Source: a virus
Virus record (IMG/VR): IMGVR_UViG_3300008262_003578
Direction: 5' to 3' (one strand)
Length of the DNA: 64,000 nt
A program made the translations under genes and the position numbers. The notes under the pieces were generated by a model that saw only the letters and a program-made list of their open reading frames with translations, searched no databases and was not told where the DNA came from. Positions 9,734 through 19,390 of the stretch are shown in pieces. Each line of letters begins with the position of its first letter. Position 1 is the first letter of the stretch.

Positions 9734-11821
9734 TTATGCGAGACACTTTTCACAGGATGCTGTAACGGATATAATCGGTGAACCTAAAATTATGTTAGGG
9801 TATGTAATTGAACAAAAACTAATTGAACCTTCATCAAAAGTATATGGTGACGGTAATGATTCACCACAACATGGAGTATATTCAAATGTGATAGAATTGC
9901 CTTTTGTTGTATTAACAGTATAAGTATAACACTCAGAAAAAGTTGTACAAACAGCACAACCACCTAAATTAGATAATCCTAAAGGACCAACATTTAAAAT
10001 TATATTATTAACCCCGATTACTTGAGTTGTAATCCCAACATATGAAATACATTTAGTTAATCCGTCAACAGTTGAATAGAATACTTGATATTGTTCTAAA
10101 GTCCCTCCTGATGGGATAGTTACGTTATTAGTGGTATAATACATTGTTCCATTGTAACAATCTTGAAATTGTTTACTCACAGGACAATTAATCATTTCAT
10201 TAACCGTATTAAATGTTACATCACCAGAGTATTGACACGGCCTTTCAACAATACCCGAAGGTGTTGGTGTTATTGTAGGAGTCGGGCTTGGTGTTGGCGT
10301 AAACGATAAAATAGTTGCACCAACATTTACACCTCCACAAACATTTGTTGGACTTGGTGTTGGGGTAGGTGTGGGTGTTGTTGTTTGAGTTGGGGTGGGG
10401 GTAGGGGTTGGCTCAAACTCGCAATTAAATAACGATTCAAAATCAAAAGTATCACAAGGTGACGTTGTTGTAGTTGTGGTTGAACAAGTTCCTTCAGAAA
10501 AATATTCTGAAAGTAAATCAGGACAAACACTAACACAAGGTGATTTACCTGAAAGAAAGCAAGGACCGTCTAAAGACATCGCTAAACACCATTGAGTGTT
10601 ACCTGTTGAATAATAAATAAATAAACCATTAGATTCCCCAACCCAATAAGGTTTACCGTTATGTAAACCACTCTCAATGTAGTTATCATCATATGATATA
10701 TTTTCCGTATTTGAAACACAATAACCTGATGTGTTACATATATCACCACAACAATCACTTTCTTCAGAACAATTTTCTTCTTGTAAAACAAATTCACTTA
10801 AAACACTTTCACCTGAAACTATTATATCATCTTGATAATAATAAAGTGTTGGTGACATTGGTGTTTCGCAGAATTCATATGAAACACAAGTTCCACTACA
10901 TTCAGAATAAACATATCCTGAAGGACAAGTATAACCTGATGAATCGTAATTACCTAATGTGTCTTGAACTATAGTAAATTCTGTTTGGCCTGATGTTGTG
11001 AATATTATATAAGGTTCTAATGCCGCATAAGTCGTTAAACCAGTTAATGTTGCTAAATCACCATCATAAATCTCACATCCAAAACCACCTTGACTACCAG
11101 CATTTAATCCGTAAACCTCCAAAGTATGGTCACCTGCACCAATCTCAACGGGGTATACGTTCCATCTTTTAAAGGATTGACCGTTACTCGTTGTGAAAGG
11201 ATTAGGAGGTAAAGAAGTATCTACAATAAGATTACCATCTAAGACAAGTCTAAAATCATCATCAGCCCCAATTCCAACCCAGTATGTTTTTGTTTCAGTA
11301 ATCCCTGATAAACAAGATGAAAATCCTAACCATTTGTTGAATGGTGGTGCACTTCCACCTGTTGTTGGCCAAATGGCACATCTATTTAAAGGGCCTTCAG
11401 AAATAGTGTCACCAACATTTTCCCACGAATCAACACCTGTAACTATAGTATATGTTGCACCTGAACCACATTGACAAAATCCTGGTTGGTAAAAATAACT
11501 ACCAAATTGTGAATACACAAAAAATGATGTGGCAACCGCCGATAATGGTGATACAGGAGGTGTTGCGGCTGTTGTAATTTCTCTGTAGCAAGATGTTTCG
11601 TCATAAACGACCCATCCGTCACCCGCACAAATACTACAATCTGCGGAAGTTGTCATACAATAACAGTAATACCCTCTATCTGTAAATTCATTTACAACAG
11701 GGGTTGACTCACAATCTAAAAAACCATCAATAAAGACGGTATTATCGGTGTATAGGGTATTACCTGTTGATGAACTAATATCATTAGGGTCAATTCTGAC
11801 TAATAAACAATTACAACTCAT
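9734..11821 (-). CDS. Cys-rich putative virion surface protein with PA14-like domain and TP linkers
   Basis: YWVGIGADDDFRLVLDGNLIVD...GDHTLEVYGLN resembles a PA14-type carbohydrate-binding fold; very many Cys; (TP)n linkers. Confidence 0.55.
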   Translation of the reverse strand: MSCNCLLVRIDPNDISSSTGNTLYTDNTVFIDGFLDCESTPVVNEFTDRGYYCYCMTTSADCSICAGDGWVVYDETSCYREITTAATPPVSPLSAVATSFFVYSQFGSYFYQPGFCQCGSGATYTIVTGVDSWENVGDTISEGPLNRCAIWPTTGGSAPPFNKWLGFSSCLSGITETKTYWVGIGADDDFRLVLDGNLIVDTSLPPNPFTTSNGQSFKRWNVYPVEIGAGDHTLEVYGLNAGSQGGFGCEIYDGDLATLTGLTTYAALEPYIIFTTSGQTEFTIVQDTLGNYDSSGYTCPSGYVYSECSGTCVSYEFCETPMSPTLYYYQDDIIVSGESVLSEFVLQEENCSEESDCCGDICNTSGYCVSNTENISYDDNYIESGLHNGKPYWVGESNGLFIYYSTGNTQWCLAMSLDGPCFLSGKSPCVSVCPDLLSEYFSEGTCSTTTTTTSPCDTFDFESLFNCEFEPTPTPTPTQTTTPTPTPTPSPTNVCGGVNVGATILSFTPTPSPTPTITPTPSGIVERPCQYSGDVTFNTVNEMINCPVSKQFQDCYNGTMYYTTNNVTIPSGGTLEQYQVFYSTVDGLTKCISYVGITTQVIGVNNIILNVGPLGLSNLGGCAVCTTFSECYTYTVNTTKGNSITFEYTPCCGESLPSPYTFDEGSISFCSITYPNIILGSPIISVTASCEKCLA

Positions 11822-12036
11822 TATGGTATTAAATTTTCTTCAACCGAGCAACCGTTATTATCCACAATTTTTAAATTATATGATGATTGACCATCCAATA
11901 ATGTAGGTACGTTAAATACATAAGGAACAGTTGAAATTGTACTTATATATATGCAAGTTGTGATTGGGTCATCACATATGTATATATCGTATGGTTGAAC
12001 TCCCGAAATTGTGTTTATGGTTATTTGCGTCGGCAT
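11821..12036 (-). CDS. 71-aa protein paralogous to the N-terminal domain of the 1750-aa protein
   Basis: I..ISG..PY.IY.CD....C..I.TI.T.VP..F..P...D.....KI..N.GC shared by both; TATTTAT on minus at 12053-12059. Confidence 0.75.
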   Translation of the reverse strand: MPTQITINTISGVQPYDIYICDDPITTCIYISTISTVPYVFNVPTLLDGQSSYNLKIVDNNGCSVEENLIP

Positions 12037-12121
12037 TTATTTTGTTTTTAAAATAAATATAAAGGAGGTCAAAAACTTGTGAAGGTTGATTCATATATTA
12101 TTTATTCTTATTTTAGGTGTA

Positions 12122-13021
12122 ATGTCAGACGATAAAGAAATATTGGTTGAATTGCTCAAAGAAATTTTGGGTGATGAGAAACTTCACTACGAACATAGGG
12201 GTCAAATCTCATTTGATTGTCCTGTTTGTGATGAGGATAGACACAAGGGTAATCTTGAGGTTAATTATTTCTCACATGTTTATAAATGTTGGTCTTGCGG
12301 CGATAGCGAGGGGACTCACGGACCTTTGGGTAAGTTGTTTGATAAATATGGTAATCGTAAACAAAAAAAGGTTTATAAAATCCTCCAACCAGAGGAAAAT
12401 AAACCCAAAGAAAAGAAAGTTAAAAAATTAACATTACCACCAAATTTCACCCTCTTCAAGGATTCAAACCCAAGATACCCTATATATCAACAGGCATATA
12501 ACTATCTTAAAAGTAGAGGTATTACTAATGATATAATTGAAAAGTATGGGATTGGGTTTTGTGATAAGGGTAGTCATTCAGGTAGAATAGTTGTTCCGTC
12601 ATATGATAAGAAAGGTGAATTGAACTATTATATTGCGAGAAGTTGGGACCCCCACACCAAAGCTAAATACAAGAACCCAGAGGCTGAAAAAGATAAGATA
12701 ATCTTTAACGAAAACCTAATTGATTGGAACAAAGATATCTATTTGGTTGAAGGCGCGTTTGATTCGGTGTTCTTACCCAATAGTATTGCAATGCTTGGTA
12801 AACATATGTCGGATTTACTATTTGAAACGATATATAATAAAGCCAAAGGTAACATCATAATATGTTTGGATAGTGACGCTTGGAGTGATGCCACCAAGTT
12901 ATACCACAATTTAAATGGTGGTGATTTATATGGTAGAGTTAAGATTATAAAATTAACGGGAGATTCGGATGTTGCCGATTTAAGAGGGGAAATAAATGAA
13001 TATTATTATAATATGCGATGA
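12122..13021 (+). CDS. dnaG: DnaG-like DNA primase (Zn finger + TOPRIM)
   Basis: CPVC...CWSCG zinc finger; LVEGAFD and LDSDA TOPRIM motifs; start moved to ATG 12122. Confidence 0.8.
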   Translation: MSDDKEILVELLKEILGDEKLHYEHRGQISFDCPVCDEDRHKGNLEVNYFSHVYKCWSCGDSEGTHGPLGKLFDKYGNRKQKKVYKILQPEENKPKEKKVKKLTLPPNFTLFKDSNPRYPIYQQAYNYLKSRGITNDIIEKYGIGFCDKGSHSGRIVVPSYDKKGELNYYIARSWDPHTKAKYKNPEAEKDKIIFNENLIDWNKDIYLVEGAFDSVFLPNSIAMLGKHMSDLLFETIYNKAKGNIIICLDSDAWSDATKLYHNLNGGDLYGRVKIIKLTGDSDVADLRGEINEYYYNMR

Positions 13022-13875
13022 ATTTATACGAGATTAGAGATGAGATTAATGAAATAATCAAAAAGAAACAAGAAGAACTACAATTAACATTCGTTGAGGA
13101 CACACACACTTATACGATGTTAGATAAGAAAGGTGAGTTAAGGTCTGATTGGCCATCTGTATCAAAAGTTATGAAACTTTTTTATACTGAGTTTGACTCT
13201 GATGGAATTGCTGATAAGAAAGCCGCTGGAGACCCTGTTGAGAAAGAGAGGTTATTGAAGGAATGGTCCCAAGCTGGTACATATTCCACAAATATGGGTT
13301 CCAGAGTCCACTATTTTTTGGAGAAGAAGTCAGTTGAGATGTTTGGTTTGGACAAAGAAGTGAGGGAACCAATATTTGAGGTTGATTTTACTCAGATATT
13401 AAAAGGGGATTCTATGATATCTGCGGGTAGTAGATATTTGGAATTGATGTTAGAAAGAGAAGGTGTTCTATTGGATACTGAAATTGTGTTAGGAAGTAAT
13501 GAACTTGGATATGTTGGACAACCTGATAAGAAGTGGTTGTTCTTTAATAAAGACAAAACAGAGGTAGGTATTGTGGTAACAGATTGGAAGACAAATAAGA
13601 AGAAGAACTTTGAAGCGAATCACTTTACCAAAAAGATGAAATACCCCTTCAATAACTTGGATGATACCGCACTTGGACACTACTTCACTCAATTACCATT
13701 TTATGGTAAATTACTTTTAGATATGTTGAAAGGTAGTAAATACGAGAACATTAAGATATATGGATGTATTGTTGTTCACTTAAGTGATGAGGGTGAATAT
13801 GAGGAATATAGAGTCCCCAAACAAGTTTTAAACACAATACTTGATATGGATATGTCAAAGTATTTGACAAAATAA
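13018..13875 (+). CDS. PD-(D/E)XK (RecB/Cas4-like) nuclease
   Basis: PSVS..., MGSRVH, GQPDK, TDWKT, QLPFY motifs. Confidence 0.75.
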   Translation: MNLYEIRDEINEIIKKKQEELQLTFVEDTHTYTMLDKKGELRSDWPSVSKVMKLFYTEFDSDGIADKKAAGDPVEKERLLKEWSQAGTYSTNMGSRVHYFLEKKSVEMFGLDKEVREPIFEVDFTQILKGDSMISAGSRYLELMLEREGVLLDTEIVLGSNELGYVGQPDKKWLFFNKDKTEVGIVVTDWKTNKKKNFEANHFTKKMKYPFNNLDDTALGHYFTQLPFYGKLLLDMLKGSKYENIKIYGCIVVHLSDEGEYEEYRVPKQVLNTILDMDMSKYLTK

Positions 13876-13892
13876 AACAAATTTAATATTAT
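13864..13892 (+). promoter_or_regulatory. Canonical -35/-10 promoter TTGACA-17-TATTAT
   Basis: Exact 17-nt spacer; 6 nt before ATG 13899. Confidence 0.6.
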
Positions 13893-13898
13893 TAGACT

Positions 13899-13988
13899 AT
13901 GGAATCTACAATTACAATTGCATGGTGGTATAACACATCGTGGGATAAAGAAGTTGGAAAAATAAACATCAAATATATAATAAAATGA
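13899..13988 (+). CDS. 29-aa small ORF (not in ORF track)
   Basis: MESTITIAWWYNTSWDKEVGKINIKYIIK; follows promoter, ATGA overlap with next gene. Confidence 0.5.
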   Translation: MESTITIAWWYNTSWDKEVGKINIKYIIK

Positions 13989-14233
13989 AACTTTACATGA
14001 CCAAAACCTATGAGGTTTACGAATCTTATGGACCAATTGAAATTAACTTAGAAGATTATCCTGAACTTGAAGGGAAAACTGAAGAAGAAATTGTTGAACA
14101 TTTTAACGAAATTATGTACGAAGAAAACATTAAAGGGGGTTCTGAAAGTACATTATCGGACGAGTTTCAGTTTAATACTGAAATGATTAAACAAAAATAC
14201 ACAAATGAGGAAGAAGAAATAGTAAATTACTAA
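13985..14233 (+). CDS. Hypothetical acidic protein
   Basis: 82-aa ORF in tightly packed operon. Confidence 0.7.
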   Translation: MKLYMTKTYEVYESYGPIEINLEDYPELEGKTEEEIVEHFNEIMYEENIKGGSESTLSDEFQFNTEMIKQKYTNEEEEIVNY

Positions 14234-14235
14234 TT

Positions 14236-14451
14236 ATGGAAGATTTAATACAACCTAGAATTGACTTAAAGAAACAACCTACGGTAGTTTGTGAGGAATG
14301 TGGTAGTACCTATTTTAAAGAAGTGGTTTTAATTAAAAAAGTTGCGGCGTTATTAACTGGTAGTTCTGAAGACACTATAGTACCATTCCCAACATACAGA
14401 TGTGATGATTGTGGTCATGTTAATGAAGAATTTAAATTATTTGATAATTAA
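14236..14451 (+). CDS. Small zinc-ribbon protein
   Basis: CEECG...CDDCGH. Confidence 0.75.
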   Translation: MEDLIQPRIDLKKQPTVVCEECGSTYFKEVVLIKKVAALLTGSSEDTIVPFPTYRCDDCGHVNEEFKLFDN

Positions 14452-14594
14452 TGGAAATTGGTAAAATGAAATATAGTGATGTCAAACCATATTTAGTTGT
14501 GATTGCACACACTTATGGTCTAAAATTAAATAGGGTTAAAGAATTTAAAATGGCTCGGTTGATATTAGCTAATTTATATAATATGGGGGTATGA
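14451..14594 (+). CDS. 47-aa small protein (not in ORF track)
   Basis: MEIGKMKYSDVKPYLVVIAHTYGLKLNRVKEFKMARLILANLYNMGV; TAATG and ATGA overlaps on both sides. Confidence 0.65.
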   Translation: MEIGKMKYSDVKPYLVVIAHTYGLKLNRVKEFKMARLILANLYNMGV

Positions 14595-14821
14595 CACATA
14601 AGGAATTTTATATTTGGTTGGAAGGATATCTATATGGGAAGTTGGAGAACAAACATATAGATATAGCGCCAATTATTGAGAAGATGAGTCAGGTTAAAGA
14701 TGAGATTGACCTTGATACATTTAAACATTTAGGTAGAAAAACCGCACCTATATTTGAACCTATCACTATTAAACCCGACGAATATGATGACTTGGGTAAA
14801 CCACCAAAAATTGTAATGTAA
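14591..14821 (+). CDS. Hypothetical protein
   Basis: 76 aa; MTHKEFYIWLEGYL N-terminus; coupled to neighbours. Confidence 0.7.
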   Translation: MTHKEFYIWLEGYLYGKLENKHIDIAPIIEKMSQVKDEIDLDTFKHLGRKTAPIFEPITIKPDEYDDLGKPPKIVM

Positions 14822-15600
14822 TGATACAGAAATTAGTACACTTTTCAGACTTACATATCCGACTTTTCAGGGACCACGATTTATATCGTGGGATATTGGT
14901 GGATATGTTTGAACAATTTAAGGAAATCAAACCTGATAGAATTGTTTTTACTGGTGATTTGGTTCATTCTAAAAATCAAATGACACCTGAACTTATTGAG
15001 TTTGTTGCTTGGACTTTAACTGAATGCTCAAAGATTGCAAAAACAATTCTCATTATTGGTAACCACGACTTTTTGGAAAACAACATGTCAAGATTGGATG
15101 CTCTAACACCTATTATTGATTCATTACAAGATGAGAACATTGTTTACTTAAAAAGTAGAGGTGTATATGAAGACCAAAATATTGATTGGTGTGTTTATTC
15201 TTTGATGGACCACAACATTCCACCCGACATTCAAAAGTCAGACCAAGTTAAGATTGGTTTGTTCCACGGACCAGTACAAGGATTAACGACCGATATTGGG
15301 TATAAATTTGACACAGGATTTGAAACTGATAAGTTTGCAGGTTGTGATATTGTACTTTGTGGGGATATTCATAAAAGACAAGTATTCAACATACCAGGAG
15401 GTAAGAAAGCATACATGGTAGGGTCAACCATTCAACAAAACTATGGTGAAACAATAAAGAACCATGGATATGGAATTTACGATGTTGAAAAGGATAAATA
15501 TGAATTTGTTGATTTGGAAAATCCTAAACCTTTCTTATCATTTAAGATAAAATCATTTGAGGATATCATTAATGGTGATGAGGTTTTAAGTAATGTATAA
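14821..15600 (+). CDS. sbcD: SbcD/Mre11/gp47-like metallophosphoesterase nuclease
   Basis: SDLHI, TGDLVH, GNHD, FHG, GDIH motifs; near SbcC. Confidence 0.85.
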   Translation: MIQKLVHFSDLHIRLFRDHDLYRGILVDMFEQFKEIKPDRIVFTGDLVHSKNQMTPELIEFVAWTLTECSKIAKTILIIGNHDFLENNMSRLDALTPIIDSLQDENIVYLKSRGVYEDQNIDWCVYSLMDHNIPPDIQKSDQVKIGLFHGPVQGLTTDIGYKFDTGFETDKFAGCDIVLCGDIHKRQVFNIPGGKKAYMVGSTIQQNYGETIKNHGYGIYDVEKDKYEFVDLENPKPFLSFKIKSFEDIINGDEVLSNV

Positions 15601-16282
15601 TGTTAATCCAAAATATAATTCAGACATACTTGACTATTGTAAATTAAATAATATTGATGATGTTGAGTTATTCGTGTCCCAGTGTTTCAAACAAGGGTTT
15701 GACATAAAAAAGTATGGACTTTTGGGAAAAACACTTAATGAAGGTGAAAAAGACTTAATAAAAGAAGTTATTGTTGAAAAACTAGTGGAAGTCCCTGTTG
15801 ATAGGATTGTTGAGGTACCTGTTGAAGTTATTGTTGAAAAAGAAAAGATTGTTGAGGTACCTGTTGAAGTTGTGATTGAGAAGGAAATTATTAAAGAAAT
15901 ACCCGTTGAAAAAGTTGTCACAAAAGTTGAGTATATTAGTGACAAAACAACTGAAGATGAACTTGGCGGAGTTATTGCCGAGTTAAAAAATGAAATGTCT
16001 AAAAAGGATGAAAAATTAGACGAACTTAGACGAAGTTTAGACATTGCTTTAGACAAACCACCTGTTGAAATTATCAAAGAGGTGGAAGTAATTAAGGAAG
16101 TTGAAAAACCAAATGATAAGGTTATTATGCTTCAGGATACATTACAAAAGTTAAGAAGTGAAATGAAAGATAAGAACACCGAAATAGATGGTTTGAAGGG
16201 TCTTATTAAACAATTAGAATCAAGATTAAATCCGACAGGTGCGGTATATATGAAAGGTTCAAACATAAACGAAAATTTATAA
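15593..16282 (+). CDS. Coiled-coil protein with VEVPV/EKI repeats
   Basis: IVEVPVEVIVEKEKIVEVPVEVVIEKEIIKEIPVEKVV repeats; C-terminal coiled coil. Confidence 0.7.
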   Translation: MYNVNPKYNSDILDYCKLNNIDDVELFVSQCFKQGFDIKKYGLLGKTLNEGEKDLIKEVIVEKLVEVPVDRIVEVPVEVIVEKEKIVEVPVEVVIEKEIIKEIPVEKVVTKVEYISDKTTEDELGGVIAELKNEMSKKDEKLDELRRSLDIALDKPPVEIIKEVEVIKEVEKPNDKVIMLQDTLQKLRSEMKDKNTEIDGLKGLIKQLESRLNPTGAVYMKGSNINENL

Positions 16283-16286
16283 AGTT

Positions 16287-16694
16287 ATGGTACAATTATT
16301 AGCGTGGTTCATTTTAAGTTATGGTTTAATGAACATTATGGTTTACGGCTCAATATTCCAAGGATTGAGGGATGGGTTAAGAAAATGGGGTGAGAATGAA
16401 CTAACACCATTTAGTGAGTTAGGTACATTTTTACATGGTATTATATCTTGTCCAATGTGTTTCTCAACATGGGGTGGATTCTTTTTGGGATTTTGTGTAT
16501 ATTCACCAGTAAGTTCTTTATTTGGTATTGCTGATGAAATTTCTTGGTTTTTTGATGGTATACTTTCATCAGGAGCTGTATGGGCAATCAATGCAATTGT
16601 AGAATGGTTTGAGGAAAATAGAATGTCAAATCAAAAACAAGAGTTAACATATATTGTTAAAGATGAGAATGGTGAAGAAATTATTAATGGTTAA
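16287..16694 (+). CDS. DUF1360-like membrane protein
   Basis: Hydrophobic helices flanking CPMCFSTW. Confidence 0.6.
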   Translation: MVQLLAWFILSYGLMNIMVYGSIFQGLRDGLRKWGENELTPFSELGTFLHGIISCPMCFSTWGGFFLGFCVYSPVSSLFGIADEISWFFDGILSSGAVWAINAIVEWFEENRMSNQKQELTYIVKDENGEEIING

Positions 16695-16706
16695 TTTAAA
16701 ATAAAA

Positions 16707-16964
16707 ATGGGAAAGAAAGCTAAAGAACACAGAAAAAAAGTTGTTAAAAGAAATCAACGAATTGCTATTGAAAAAAAACAATTTCAGAAAACTTATAACG
16801 AGTTAATGAAAATGAAGTTTGATGAGTTGGCGAAAAACTTTAATGAAATTGAAGGTGCGGAAGTTGTTGACATGATTGAGAATGGTGTTTCTGTTATGGA
16901 AAAATCTGAAGAAGTTGAAGATGCAACAATCGTTGATGAAACATTACCAGACCAAGAAGGATAA
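16707..16964 (+). CDS. Hypothetical protein, basic N-terminus and acidic C-terminus
   Basis: 85-aa ORF, MGKKAKEHRKKV... Confidence 0.7.
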   Translation: MGKKAKEHRKKVVKRNQRIAIEKKQFQKTYNELMKMKFDELAKNFNEIEGAEVVDMIENGVSVMEKSEEVEDATIVDETLPDQEG

Positions 16965-16970
16965 TAAACT

Positions 16971-19343
16971 ATGGATTTATTTAATCCACCACCAAAATTT
17001 AATTATACAAAAATGACAGAAGAAGTAACATTAACAACTTTAGATAACCCATATGTCCAAGTGGTATGGGAGGACTACGCTGAAAACTTTACACAAGAGA
17101 AGATTAAAAGTGTTAGACACTATTTCCAAAAGAAATATGAAACAACTAATGTTAATGTAATTACTAAAACCAAAGTTGATAAGGAAACAACCCATAATGT
17201 TGACATCTCATTCAATATCTTGGATAAAAATTATCAACAAGAATTAGCTAAACAATATCTAGAAAACAAGAATTTAGATGATTATTTAGATAAAGTTTTA
17301 GATATTGATTCCGCAGTTGACAACAAAATGTCATTGAACGATGATGAGGCTCAACCATTTAAAAGATGGTTCATTAAGAATATTGAGTTTTCAAACTTCC
17401 TTTCTTATGGTGAGAATCAAAAGATTGATTTTGATAAGTGTAGTGGGATATCGGTGGTGGAATCAAATCCACCTAACTTTGGAGGTAAGACGGTCCTTAC
17501 CGTGGATTTATTATTATTCTTATTCTTTAACGAAACAACGAAGACAACTAAAGCAGAAGAAATCTTTAATAGATTTACAGATAAGAACAAGGTTGCGGTT
17601 AAAGGTGAGGTATTAATAGATGGTGAGGAATATATCATCCTAAGAAACATTGAGCGTAAAAAATCTAAGAGTGGTGATTGGAATGTTAAAACTGAGTTGG
17701 ATTTCTACAAAAGATTATCTGATGGTAGCTTACAAAATTTCACTGGTGAACAGAGAAGGGAAACTGAAAAATTTATTAAGACATCTATTGGTACAAAAGA
17801 AGATTTCTTAATGACGATTCTTACCACCGCAACAAACTTGGAGGACCTGATTGACTCAAAACCAACGGCTAGAGGTCAGGTCCTATCAAGATTTATGGGT
17901 CTTGAGTTCTTAAAAAGAAAAGAAGAGATTGGTAAAGAAATCTATGGAGAGTTCTCCAAGTCCATGATATCAAATGTCTATAGTAGTGAAAAACTTAAAA
18001 GTGATAATGAGGAAAAACAGAAATCAATTGATGAGTTAAAAGTTGAGATTGAAACTGCTAATACAACATTGATTGATATCCAAAACAGGATTATCAAAGG
18101 ACAAGAATATCGTGATGATTTATTGAAACAAAAACATACTGATATTGATACTGAAATAAGTTCATTAATACCAACAACCGTAACAACTGAGATTGAGACA
18201 CTTGAAAAGACAAAAGAGGGTATTATCAAACAAATTGAAGAACTTAATGTTGTTGAACCAAGTGAGTTTTATAAAGAGGACAAGCATGATGAGGTTAAGG
18301 AAGAATATGCTAAACTTAATAAAGAGTTAATTCAACTTGAAACCAAAATAGAAGAAGTTGAGAAGTTAAAAACTTCAGTTGAGGGTGGAATTAAATGCGA
18401 ACATTGTGGTATTGAGTTAATGAATGCGGCAATTACCAATGCAAAAATTGCGGAACTTGACGGATTTATCGGGCAAAAAGATACTATTTGGACCACAATG
18501 CAGGTTTTATCAAGCATGGAACAAACTTTTGTAAGGTTAAAAAAAGAATTTGATGAGTATGAAAAGAACAAACTTATCAAAGAAAAATATGAACTTAATA
18601 TTGAAAGTTGTGACCTAAAAATTAATAACCTGAGAGATAAGATTAAAAAATATAACGAGATTCAGGATAAGATTAAGGATAACGAGAGAATTGATGGTTT
18701 ATTGGTGAAATCAAGTTTGAGAATGGATGAACTTAGTACATTAAAAAGTGCAACAGAAAAGACCATTTCAACAGGAAATTACAAAATAGAAACTCTAACT
18801 CAAGAGATTAATAATAACCTTGATAAGATTAAAAAAATTGAAGAGGAGAGTGAAAAAGAAAAGGTATACAAAATATATTTAGAAATTTATGGTAAGAATG
18901 GTATAACCAAAATGATTATGAGAACCATGATGCCATTGATTAATTCTGAATTACAAAGATTACTTGAGGATAGTTCTCACTTCAGATTGGAGATTAGAAT
19001 TAACGATAAAAATGAAGTGGATTTTGTTATGATTGATAACAATACTCAGGTTGAAAAGAATATGGTTTCAGGTTCTGGTTATGAACGAACTATTGCGTCA
19101 TTATCATTAAGAGCTGTTTTAAGTAAGATTTGTTCGTTACCAAAACCAAACATTATCGTCTTTGATGAGGTGTTTGGTAAAATATCAAATGAGAATATGG
19201 ACATGGTTTCTGAGTTTTTTACAAAAATTAAGGAATATTTTGAAAAAATATTTGTAATTACACACAATCCACTAGTAACAAATTGGGCTGACAATGTAAT
19301 TAAAATTAGGAAGGAAGAAAATGTTAGTTTTGTGACCCAATAG
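16971..19343 (+). CDS. sbcC: SbcC/Rad50/gp46-like SMC ATPase
   Basis: Walker A NFGGKT, long coiled coil with CEHC zinc hook, SGYE signature, IVFDE Walker B, ITHN. Confidence 0.9.
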   Translation: MDLFNPPPKFNYTKMTEEVTLTTLDNPYVQVVWEDYAENFTQEKIKSVRHYFQKKYETTNVNVITKTKVDKETTHNVDISFNILDKNYQQELAKQYLENKNLDDYLDKVLDIDSAVDNKMSLNDDEAQPFKRWFIKNIEFSNFLSYGENQKIDFDKCSGISVVESNPPNFGGKTVLTVDLLLFLFFNETTKTTKAEEIFNRFTDKNKVAVKGEVLIDGEEYIILRNIERKKSKSGDWNVKTELDFYKRLSDGSLQNFTGEQRRETEKFIKTSIGTKEDFLMTILTTATNLEDLIDSKPTARGQVLSRFMGLEFLKRKEEIGKEIYGEFSKSMISNVYSSEKLKSDNEEKQKSIDELKVEIETANTTLIDIQNRIIKGQEYRDDLLKQKHTDIDTEISSLIPTTVTTEIETLEKTKEGIIKQIEELNVVEPSEFYKEDKHDEVKEEYAKLNKELIQLETKIEEVEKLKTSVEGGIKCEHCGIELMNAAITNAKIAELDGFIGQKDTIWTTMQVLSSMEQTFVRLKKEFDEYEKNKLIKEKYELNIESCDLKINNLRDKIKKYNEIQDKIKDNERIDGLLVKSSLRMDELSTLKSATEKTISTGNYKIETLTQEINNNLDKIKKIEEESEKEKVYKIYLEIYGKNGITKMIMRTMMPLINSELQRLLEDSSHFRLEIRINDKNEVDFVMIDNNTQVEKNMVSGSGYERTIASLSLRAVLSKICSLPKPNIIVFDEVFGKISNENMDMVSEFFTKIKEYFEKIFVITHNPLVTNWADNVIKIRKEENVSFVTQ

Positions 19344-19367
19344 TTTGGGGGATTGGATAAAAGTTTA

Positions 19368-19375
19368 TATATTTG
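19368..19375 (+). promoter_or_regulatory. Bacteroidetes-type -7 promoter element (TAnnTTTG)
   Basis: TATATTTG with TTTG 20 nt upstream (19344-19347). Confidence 0.6.
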
Positions 19376-19390
19376 TTAAAAATAAAGACT

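Noticed and set aside
1-12036. Eukaryotic giant virus (NCLDV) origin suggested by mucin-like, Cys-rich proteins
   Set aside because: Sigma70, bacterial promoters and terminators, amidase, DnaG and SbcCD indicate a bacteriophage
12061-12068. Shine-Dalgarno-like aaaggagg upstream of primase
   Set aside because: About 55 nt from the likely ATG, and the genome otherwise lacks SD motifs
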